Origin: Candidatus Latescibacterota bacterium
GTDB taxonomy: Bacteria > Latescibacterota > UBA2968 > UBA8231
Direction of reading: 5' to 3'
Assembly: GCA_965248355.1 (NCBI GenBank)
Contig: OZ252098.1
Coordinates: 4,416,001 to 4,480,000 of the forward strand
DNA: 64,000 nt
Under the pieces are notes generated by a model that made no database searches, was not told where the DNA came from, and saw only the letters and a list, made by a program, of their open reading frames with translations. A program made the position numbers and the translations under genes. The first letter of the stretch is position 1; every line of letters begins with the position of its first letter. This document shows, one piece after another, positions 27,799 to 35,704 of this stretch.

Positions 27799-30315
27799 TT
27801 ACCCCTGGCCGGCGCCGCGGGGGCCGCCCCCCCGGTCCTCGAGCCACTGCAGCAGCGCCGGCGTGAACAGCAGGGCTGCCAGCCAGGTGGCGCCGATGCC
27901 GGCGATGGCCAGCTCGCCGATCGTCTCGATTCCCGGGTGAAAGCTCAGCAGAGGTCCCGAGAACCCGATCGCCGTGGTCAGGGAGCCGACGGTGATGTGC
28001 TCGCCCGTGGAGCGCAGCACGGGCAGGATCGAGCCCCGCCCCTCCTGACGGTAGCGGTGCACGAGGTGGGCCCCGGCGTCGTTGCCGATGCCGAGGACCG
28101 CGGGCAGGACGATCATGTTGTAGAAGTTGAGACGCATCTGCAGCAGCTCCATGAGCAGCAGCATCCACAGCACCCCCACCACCAGCGGCAGGCAGGCCAG
28201 CACCCCCCAGCGCAGCTTCCCGAAGTTCAGCCACATGAACAGGAAGACCAGAACCGCCGTGGCCAGCACCATCCACGGCGACTCCCGCTGCACCAGCCTC
28301 AGCACGTCGGCGGCCACGATCGTGGGAGAGGCCGCGTGGTAGGTGCGGCCGTCCACCTCGATGCGGGAGACGTCCTCGGCGAAGGCGATGGAGTTGCGGC
28401 CGTCGGAGAGCCCGACGGAGGCGTAGATGCGCAGGAAGTTGCCCGCCTCACCGGACTTGCTGAGGAAGGGGTCGCGCAGCGATCCGGGCACCTGCTCGAG
28501 GGTGATGGCCGCCCTCGTCTGCGAGGCCTGCCGCAGGCGCCGCAGGTCCTCCGATTCCTCTCCCTCGAGCAGGGGATCGGACAGCAGGCCGCGGATGCGC
28601 CCGATGCGGTCGAGCCTGGCGCGCCGCGCCGCCGCGTCCATGGGGAAGCGGTCCTGGATGGTCACGACCTCGGCGATCGTCGGCGACAGGGTGTCCTCCG
28701 CCGCCCGGCGGCGAAGGGCCGCGGCCACGGCCGGCACGTGGGCGGGCGTGTCGGTGACGATGTAGGCGGCGTTGCGCCGGCCGTCGGGGGGGTACACGGC
28801 GCGGATCTTCTCGCGCCGGGCGTTGTACTCGGAGTAGGTGGGCTCCAGCTCCCCGAAGCGGTACTCGAAGCCCACCTTGCCGGGGGCCAGGACGATGGCG
28901 GCGGCCACGGTGAGGAGCCCGGCCGCGATCACCGTGCGCGCCAGGGGGAAGCGGCCGCCGCGGCCGGCATCGGCGGGTCCCGCGGCGGGCCCCGGGTCGA
29001 AGCGCAGCAGGGACCAGCGCTCGAAGAGCGACACCAGGGCCGGCAGGACGACGATCATGGCGAAGAGGGCGAAGAGGATGCCGACGCCGGCGATGAACCC
29101 GAACTGGCTGAACCCCTTGAAGCTGCAGGTCATGAGCACGAGCAGGGCCCCGGCCGTGGTCAGGGCGCTCACGGCGATCGCCTGACCCGTGCTCGTGAAG
29201 GTGGTCTCGGCGGCGCTCACCGCGTCCCGTCCGGAGCCCCGCTCCTCGGTGTAGCGCGCGTAGAAGTGGATGCCGTAGTCGATGCCCAGGCCGAACAGGA
29301 CCAGCCCGAGGGTCGAGGTCATCAGGTTGAGGTCGCCGTGGACGAGGCGGGCCAGGGCGAAGGTCCAGGAGAGGCTCATCAGGAAGGGCAGCCCGATGAG
29401 GACGGCCATGACCGGCATGCGGCCCGCCGTGGCCAGGGCCAGGCGCAGGCTGAAGCGCCCCCGCGAGCGGGCGCGGTAGGACTTGTAGGCGAAGTAGGCC
29501 ACCACCACGAGGAGGACGGCGGTCACCCCGGCGCCGAAGGAGCGCCTCACGTCCCGGGTGATCGTCCGCACCTCGGTGAGCCGCCGCAGGAGCCGGCCCG
29601 CCGTGGTCACCCGCATCTCCGGATGGAAGCGGGCCGGCCCCACCGCGGCGGCCAGGGAATCGACGGAGCGGTAGAGGCCGGCGATCAGCCCCAGGTCGGT
29701 CTGCGACCCGGCCGGGTGAAAGCGCAGAACCAGGGTGGTGCTGTCGGGCGAGACCGGGTACTCGCGGACGACGATGCCGTCGTAGATGGCGCGCAGGTCC
29801 CGCTCCTCCTCCTCCCGCCCCGCCTCTTCCTCCTCCTCCTCGAGACCGAAGTAGAGAGGGTTGGCCGCCAGTCTCGCCTCCTCGAGGCGCTCCTTCAGGT
29901 AGCGCTCGAGCCGGCCCAGCTCGTCCTCGGTGGCGAAGTAGAGGGCGTTGCGCCGCAGGAAGTCCGCATCCCGCCGGTACTCGACGCGCTCGAAGCACGG
30001 GGAGCCGCCGCAGCGCAGGTCCCGGGCCCGTGCCAGGAACTCCTCGGCGTAGCCCCGGTTGGCCTCGAAGGAGGGGCTCTCGACGGCGACCTCCACGCGG
30101 TCCTCGCCGCCCACCACCTGGCGCAGCCGGTCGAGGGCGATGACGCTGGGGTAGTCGCGGGGGATCAGGTTCGACAGCTCGGCGTCGATGCCGAGCTGGA
30201 GGGCGAACCGCAGGGAGGCCGCGGTCACCAGGACGCAGCCGGCCAGCACGAGGCCGGGCCGCCGCATGACCGAACGGATGAACGGCCTCAGCGACTCGAA
30301 GAGGCGTTCGAGCAC
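27799..30315 (-). CDS. MMPL/RND family lipid transporter (HpnN-like)
   Basis: Two repeats of TM + large loop + TM bundle; 'GLGIDYGIHFYARY.EE' and 'GIGNDAGAHL..RY'. Confidence 0.85.
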   Translation of the reverse strand: MLERLFESLRPFIRSVMRRPGLVLAGCVLVTAASLRFALQLGIDAELSNLIPRDYPSVIALDRLRQVVGGEDRVEVAVESPSFEANRGYAEEFLARARDLRCGGSPCFERVEYRRDADFLRRNALYFATEDELGRLERYLKERLEEARLAANPLYFGLEEEEEEAGREEEERDLRAIYDGIVVREYPVSPDSTTLVLRFHPAGSQTDLGLIAGLYRSVDSLAAAVGPARFHPEMRVTTAGRLLRRLTEVRTITRDVRRSFGAGVTAVLLVVVAYFAYKSYRARSRGRFSLRLALATAGRMPVMAVLIGLPFLMSLSWTFALARLVHGDLNLMTSTLGLVLFGLGIDYGIHFYARYTEERGSGRDAVSAAETTFTSTGQAIAVSALTTAGALLVLMTCSFKGFSQFGFIAGVGILFALFAMIVVLPALVSLFERWSLLRFDPGPAAGPADAGRGGRFPLARTVIAAGLLTVAAAIVLAPGKVGFEYRFGELEPTYSEYNARREKIRAVYPPDGRRNAAYIVTDTPAHVPAVAAALRRRAAEDTLSPTIAEVVTIQDRFPMDAAARRARLDRIGRIRGLLSDPLLEGEESEDLRRLRQASQTRAAITLEQVPGSLRDPFLSKSGEAGNFLRIYASVGLSDGRNSIAFAEDVSRIEVDGRTYHAASPTIVAADVLRLVQRESPWMVLATAVLVFLFMWLNFGKLRWGVLACLPLVVGVLWMLLLMELLQMRLNFYNMIVLPAVLGIGNDAGAHLVHRYRQEGRGSILPVLRSTGEHITVGSLTTAIGFSGPLLSFHPGIETIGELAIAGIGATWLAALLFTPALLQWLEDRGGGPRGAGQG

Positions 30316-30330
30316 GTCAGGGCCGGCGGG

Positions 30331-31182
30331 CTACAAGGGGGCGCCCGAGGTCTGCCAGGGCTGTTCGCGGAGGTTGAGCTGGCTCAGGTTGCGGCGTTCG
30401 AACCGGGGGGCGAGGAAGCCGTAGAAGTACCAGTTCTGCATGCGGTAGGGCGTCAGGTGGTACAGGCAGCGCTCGAAGAGGTTCCAGCGTACGCGCCGGC
30501 GATCCGTCCGCCGGCTGGAGGGAACGCACCACAGGTCCATGTGGTACAGGGAGTGTCCGTAGCGGAAGATGCGGTTCAGGATCTCGTGATCGAGGAGGAC
30601 GTAGTTCCAGTGGCGGGCGGAGAAGCCGCCGGCCTTGCGCAGGGCCTCGGCGCGCATCACCTGACCGTAGCCGCCGACGAAGCCCTGGCGGCTGAAGATC
30701 CTGGACAGGGCCACGCGGGCGCCGCGCCGGAGCCGGGAGGAGGCGCTGCGCGGATCGTCGTCCGCGGGCAGGGCCATGAGGCAGACCACCCCGGGCGGCG
30801 CCTCGGCGGCCAGCCGGGCGCAGGTCTCGATGTAGTGGGCCGGGTACCAGGTGTCGGCGTCGGACAGGACGACGAAGTCGCTGGTGACGCGGGCGCAGCC
30901 GGTCTCGAGGGCGTTGGTCTTGCCGGCCCGCTCCTCCCGCATGTAGATGACCTCCAGGTCATCGGGGGAACCGACCAGCTGGCGGCAGATCTCGGCCGAG
31001 CGGTCGGTGGAGCCGTTGTCGACCAGGATCAGCTGATCGGGGCGGCGGCTCTGGCTCAGCCACGACCGCAGGGTGCGGGGGAGGAAGTCCTGTTCGTTGT
31101 AGTAGGGCAGAACGACGGCGAAGGTCGAGGACAAGGCAGCTGGTCGGGGCGGGGGAGGAGGTGCGCGGTACGAGCCGAACAA
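30331..31182 (-). CDS. Glycosyltransferase family 2
   Basis: Motifs 'VVLPYYNE', 'VDNGSTD', 'GK..AL..G', 'DAD'. True start probably TTG 31134. Confidence 0.88.
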   Translation of the reverse strand: MFGSYRAPPPPPRPAALSSTFAVVLPYYNEQDFLPRTLRSWLSQSRRPDQLILVDNGSTDRSAEICRQLVGSPDDLEVIYMREERAGKTNALETGCARVTSDFVVLSDADTWYPAHYIETCARLAAEAPPGVVCLMALPADDDPRSASSRLRRGARVALSRIFSRQGFVGGYGQVMRAEALRKAGGFSARHWNYVLLDHEILNRIFRYGHSLYHMDLWCVPSSRRTDRRRVRWNLFERCLYHLTPYRMQNWYFYGFLAPRFERRNLSQLNLREQPWQTSGAPL

Positions 31183-31209
31183 GATAGGGGACCGGAACCG
31201 GCAAGTCTA
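31181..31209 (-). promoter_or_regulatory. Candidate sigma70-type promoter for the GT2-MMPL genes
   Basis: TAGACT-N17-TATCTT on the minus strand, in the divergent intergenic region. Confidence 0.35.
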
Positions 31210-31264
31210 CGGTGTTGTCGTCATTTCGTGACGCGGCGATTCCGGCGGGTGCGTACCTTTTGGA

Positions 31265-31298
31265 TTGCGAGGAGGACCACCTTGCGAGGAGGACGACC
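31265..31298 (+). repeat. 17-bp tandem duplication containing the RBS of the inositol oxygenase gene
   Basis: TTGCGAGGAGGACCACC (31265-31281) followed by TTGCGAGGAGGACGACC (31282-31298); 16/17 identical. Confidence 0.8.
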
Positions 31299-32182
31299 TA
31301 TGGAGGATCCCATGCCGCGGGACCGGGAACGGCCCCCTGGGCCGCCTCGAGGAGTGGGAGGACTTCGTCGCCGCCCGCTACGCCGGCGACCAGGCTGGCG
31401 CCGGCGAGCCCGCCTCCGGGTTCCGGGACTACGAGGGCGATGATGTCCGCCCTTCGGTGCGCGAGTTCTACCGGCAGAACCACGGCAACCAGACCCTGGC
31501 CTTCGTCATCGAGAAGAAGAGGGATTTCCTGGGCCTGCGGCGCCGCAGGATGGGGATCTGGGAGGCCATCGAGTACCTGAACGAGCTGGTGGACGACTCC
31601 GACCCCGACACCGAGCTGTCCCAGCTCGAGCACCTGCTGCAGACGTCCGAGGCGATCCGCCGGGACGGCCATCCGGACTGGTTCGTCCTCACGGGGCTGA
31701 TCCACGACCTCGGCAAGATCCTCTGCCTCTTCGGCGAGCCCCAGTGGGCCGTCGTCGGCGATACCTACCCCGTGGGCTGCGCCTTCGACGAGCGCGTCGT
31801 GTTCCACGGGTTCTTCGCCTCCAACCCCGATGCCTCGGACCCTCTGTACGCCACCCCCTGCGGCATCTACGACGAGGGCTGCGGACTCGATCGCGTGCAC
31901 ATGTCCTGGGGCCACGACGAGTACCTGTATCACGTGGTCAAGGAACACCTGCCTCTCCCCGCCCTCTACATGATCCGCTACCACTCCTTCTACGCCGTCC
32001 ACCGCGAAGGCGCCTACCGGCACCTGATGAACGACCAGGACCTGGAGAACCTGCCCTGGCTGCGCGCCTTCAGCCGGTACGACCTCTACTCCAAGGGCTC
32101 GGAGCCGCCCGACGCGGACGGCCTGCGCGGCCACTACACCGATCTCATCGACCGCTACTTCCCCACGGCTCTCGACTGGTGA
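31265..32182 (+). CDS. Myo-inositol oxygenase (MIOX family); natural start may be frameshifted
   Basis: Motifs 'LVDDSDPD', 'HLLQT.EAIR', 'LIHDLGK', 'QWAVVGDT.PVGC', 'MSWGHDEYLY', 'IRYHSFY', 'YDLYSK'. The RBS-preceded ATG at 31300 is out of frame by one base. Confidence 0.9.
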   Translation: MRGGPPCEEDDLWRIPCRGTGNGPLGRLEEWEDFVAARYAGDQAGAGEPASGFRDYEGDDVRPSVREFYRQNHGNQTLAFVIEKKRDFLGLRRRRMGIWEAIEYLNELVDDSDPDTELSQLEHLLQTSEAIRRDGHPDWFVLTGLIHDLGKILCLFGEPQWAVVGDTYPVGCAFDERVVFHGFFASNPDASDPLYATPCGIYDEGCGLDRVHMSWGHDEYLYHVVKEHLPLPALYMIRYHSFYAVHREGAYRHLMNDQDLENLPWLRAFSRYDLYSKGSEPPDADGLRGHYTDLIDRYFPTALDW

Positions 32183-32204
32183 GCCCCATGGACTCGGCCA
32201 ACGG

Positions 32205-33295
32205 CCCGGGAGGGTGAAGCTCCGGGGGCGGCTCAGACGGCGCCGAGGGCCCAGACCGGTGCCCCCCAGGACCCGGGAGCGCCCCTTGTCGACCCGGTAG
32301 AACCGCTCGAAGACGCGCTCCACCTCGTTCGAAGGGACGCCGATCCCCGTGTCCGTCACCTCGACGACCACGGCGCCGCGGCCGGGCCCGCCGTCTCCCC
32401 GGCTCTCGGGGAGCGAGGTCCAGTCGCGGCCCTCCAGTTCGGCCTCGGCCCGGGCCCGGGAAAGGGCGCGGGCCGACACCCGGACGGCGTCCTCCTCGGA
32501 GGTGTACTTGAGGGCGTTGTCCACCAGATTGATGAGGGCCTGCTCGATGAGCCTGCGGTCGCAGCGCGCCTCCAGCTCGGAAGGCACGGCCACCTGGAGC
32601 TGGATCCCCTTGTCGGCGGCGGCCTTCGAGACCGCGTCCCGGGCCGTGTCGATCAGGCGGGCCACCCGTACCTCGGCCGGCTCCAGCGTGGCCTGCTCCG
32701 ACTCGAGGCGGGCCAGGTCCAGCAGGTCGTTCAGCAGGGTCGTCAGGCGGTCGGCGTGGTTGTTGATGACGTCGACGGAGCGCTGCGCCGCGGACGGGTC
32801 CCGGAGGGCGCCGTCGGCCAGGGTCTCGGCGCACCCCTTGATCGCCGTCAGGGGCGTGCGCAGCTCGTGGGAGACGTTGGCCACGAAGTCCTGGCGCATC
32901 CGCTCCAGCCGGCGCAGGCGGGTGATCTCGTAGAACACGGTCACCGTGCCGGAGACCCCCTCCGGGCCCGGGATCGGCGCCGTGTGCACGTCGAGGTAGC
33001 GCGGCGGGCCCCCGCCCTCGGTGATCTCGCAGAAGGTCGGTCCGCGGCCGGCGAGGGCATCCTCGATCGCCTCCCCCACCGTGGCGTTGCGCACGGCCTC
33101 CGCCGGCCTGCTCCCCGCCAGCTCCCGCGTCAGGCCGTAGAGATCCCGCAGGGCCCGGTTGGCCATGAGGATGCGGCCGCCGCCGTCGGTGACCAGGATG
33201 CCCTCGGTGATGCTGTCGCGGCCCAGGGACCGCGCCATGGCGGCTCCCAGGGCCAGTCCGGCGCCGCCGAGGGCCAGCTGCCAGTGCAGTCGCAT
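32205..33295 (-). pseudogene. phoR: PhoR-like PAS histidine kinase with internal deletions
   Basis: PAS 'EGILVTD', H-box 'FVANVSHELRTPLTAIKG', N, G1 and F boxes, 'FYRVDKGRSR..GGTGLG'. Sensor/HAMP region and the post-G2 segment are missing, a remnant 'SFTLP' survives, and there is no in-frame stop until 31298. Confidence 0.75.
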
Positions 33296-33324
33296 GTCCA
33301 CGTGTCCGCCGCCGCGGCGGACTC

Positions 33325-33977
33325 TCAGGCCGCGTCCCGGCGGAACCGGTAGCCCACGCCGCGCACCGTCTCCACCAGGACCTGGGCCTCGCCGAGCTTC
33401 TCGCGAAGCCTGCGGACGTGGGTGTCGACGGTGCGGCCGTATCCCGGGTACTGATACCCCCACACCACGTTCAGCAGCTCCTCGCGGCTCTGCACCCGGC
33501 CGCTGCGCTGAACCAGGGTCAGCAGCAGCTTGAACTCGGTCGCCGTCAGCCTCAGGGGCTGGCCGTCGACGAAGGCGTGATGCCCCTCGGAGTCGATGGT
33601 CACGGGTCCGGCGGTGATGCGCTCCGCGGAGCCCACCGCCTCCGAGGGCGGCCGCCGGAGCGCCGCAGGATCGCCTTCACCCGCAGGACCAGCTCCCGGG
33701 GCGAGAAGGGCTTCACCACGTAGTCGTCGGCCCCCAGCTCGAGACCGACGATGCGGTCCACCTCCTCCGCCTTGGAGGTGAGCATGAGGACGGGGATGTT
33801 GCGCACCGATCCTCGCTGCTTCAACAGCCGGCAGACCTCGAGGCCGTCCATGCCGGGCAGCATGAGGTCGAGGATGATCAGGTTCGGTTGGCTCCGCTCC
33901 GCCATCTCGAGGGCCGCTTCACCCTCTTCGGCTGCCTCCACCACCATGCCGGCCTGCCGCAGGTTGTAGGAGAGCTC
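33325..33977 (-). pseudogene. phoB: PhoB/OmpR-family response regulator, 5'-truncated and frameshifted
   Basis: Receiver fragment 'ELSYNL...[10 protein letters not shown]...[15 protein letters not shown]' (33600-33977) and winged helix 'LTATEFKLL...RTVDTHVRRLREKL...TVRGVGYRF' (33325-33636) lie in different frames. Start codon and first strand are missing. Confidence 0.8.
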
Positions 33978-35000
33978 GCATCGCTACCGGGGCGACGTGA
34001 ACGAGTTCTTCACCGACACCAACGTGGGCATCATCGACACCACCGGAGCCCTGCCGCGCTTCGGCAACTATATCGTGGACGCCACCCTGCCCTCGAACAC
34101 CTACGACGGCGACCAGCGGATCCTCGCCGGCTATGGAATGGTCGAGCTGCCGCTGAACCGCCAGCTGCGGCTCATCACCGGCGCGCGTTTCGAGACCACC
34201 CGCATCGACGTGGCCAGCGCCAACCCGGATCTGCCCGAGGGCGAGCTGGAGACGAACGACCTGCTGCCCTCGGTCAATCGCGTCTACCAGGTGGGCGAGG
34301 CGAACATGCGCCTGTCCTACGGCCGCACCCTGGCCCGCCCCACCTTCCGCGAGCTGGCGCCGTTCTCCTCCTTCGCCTTCGTGGGGGACTTCATCCTCAC
34401 CGGCAACGAGGAGCTGAAGCGGACCCTCATCGACAACTACGACCTGCGCTGGGAGTGGTTTCCCAACCCAGGCGAGATCTTACGCGGTGAGCGGGTTCTA
34501 CAAGCTCTTTCAGAACCCCATCGAGCGGGCCATCCGACCACCAACGGAGAGATCCAGTACCAGAACGTGGACGAGGCCACCGTGGCCGGGCTGGAGTTCG
34601 AGGGGCGCGAGAACCTGGGCATCCTCGGAGAGGGCTGGCGCAACTTCTTCGCCGGCGGCAACGTGTCTCTCATCTACTCAACGTCGACATCCCCGAGAGC
34701 GAGCTGGCCATCATTCGCGGCTTCGACCCCGACGCCGAGACCAGCCGCTCCCTCCAGGGCCAGTCGCCCTTCGTGGTGAACCTCGACCTCATCTACGACA
34801 ACTTCGAGACCGGCACCGGGGCGGGGCTGTACTACAACATCTTCGGGCGGCGCCTATCCGAGGTCAGTCTCGGCGGCGCGCCCAACGTCTTCGAGGAGCC
34901 CCGGTCGACCCTGGACTTCACCCTGACGAGGAGCCTCGGCGCCTGGTACAGCCTCAAGCTCACGGCCAGGAATCTGCTCGACTCGGCCTACCGTTTCGCC
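33978..35000 (+). pseudogene. C-terminal fragment of a TonB-dependent receptor, frameshifted
   Basis: 'RLITGARFE', 'RLSYGRTLARPTFRELAPF', 'GNEELK.T.IDNYDLRWEWFP', 'SGFYK.FQNPIE', 'LQGQSPFVVN', 'ARNLLD'. Frame changes near 34480, 34535 and 34680; no plug domain and no native C-terminus. Confidence 0.8.
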
Positions 35001-35080
35001 TTCTGGCTCGACCTCACGCAGGGGGACGGCCTCGACCGACCCGCTATATTCTGTCGGTCCTCAACCAAGGGAGTTGAAAC

Positions 35081-35704
35081 GTGGCCGACGTCCTGAACAT
35101 CGACCCCGAGCACCTAAAGGGCCGCCACCTGCGCCGGGCCGTGGAGGTCCTGGTCGGCGGCGGCGTCCTCATCTATCCCACCGACACGATCTACGGCCTC
35201 GGCTGCGACATCACCCAGAAGACCGCGGTCGAGCGCATCCGGCGCATCAAGGGCCGCGACGCCCGCAAGCCCATGTCCTTCGTCTGCGCCGATCTCAACG
35301 ACATCGCCCGCTACGCCCGGGTGTCGAACTACGCCTACCGGATCCTGCGGCGCCTGCTGCCCGGCCCCTACACCTTCGTGCTGCCGGCCACCAAGGAGAC
35401 CCCCCGGCTGCTGCGGAGCCGGCAGAAGACGGTGGGCATCCGCATCCCCGACCACCCGGTGACGGCGGCCCTGGTGAGGGAGCTGGGCCGGCCGATCCTG
35501 AGCACCAGCGCCAACCGCTCGGAGCAGGACGCGATCACGGATCCCTGGCAGCTCGAGGAAGAGCTGGGCCACGACGTGGACCTGATCCTCGAGTGCGCCC
35601 AGCTGCCGGTGCTGCCCTCCAGTGTCGTCTCCCTCGTGGGCGACGAGGCCGTCGTTCTGCGCCGCGGATCGGGGGACCTGAGCCAGTTCCAGGAGCCGGC
35701 GTGA
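35081..35704 (+). CDS. Sua5/YciO/YrdC family protein (L-threonylcarbamoyladenylate synthase family, YciO-like)
   Basis: Motifs 'YPTDTIYGLGCD', 'LPGPYTFVL', 'VGIRIPDH', 'STSAN'. Confidence 0.9.
   Translation: MADVLNIDPEHLKGRHLRRAVEVLVGGGVLIYPTDTIYGLGCDITQKTAVERIRRIKGRDARKPMSFVCADLNDIARYARVSNYAYRILRRLLPGPYTFVLPATKETPRLLRSRQKTVGIRIPDHPVTAALVRELGRPILSTSANRSEQDAITDPWQLEEELGHDVDLILECAQLPVLPSSVVSLVGDEAVVLRRGSGDLSQFQEPA

Noticed and set aside
27226..31443. 1405-aa plus-strand ORF and many other long overlapping ORFs
   Set aside because: Antisense or off-frame shadows of real genes (MMPL, GT2) in high-GC DNA; low-complexity translations with no recognisable motifs.
31298..32204. 721-aa kinase ORF running antisense through MIOX
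   Set aside because: Read-through caused by loss of the phoR 3' end; not a real domain.
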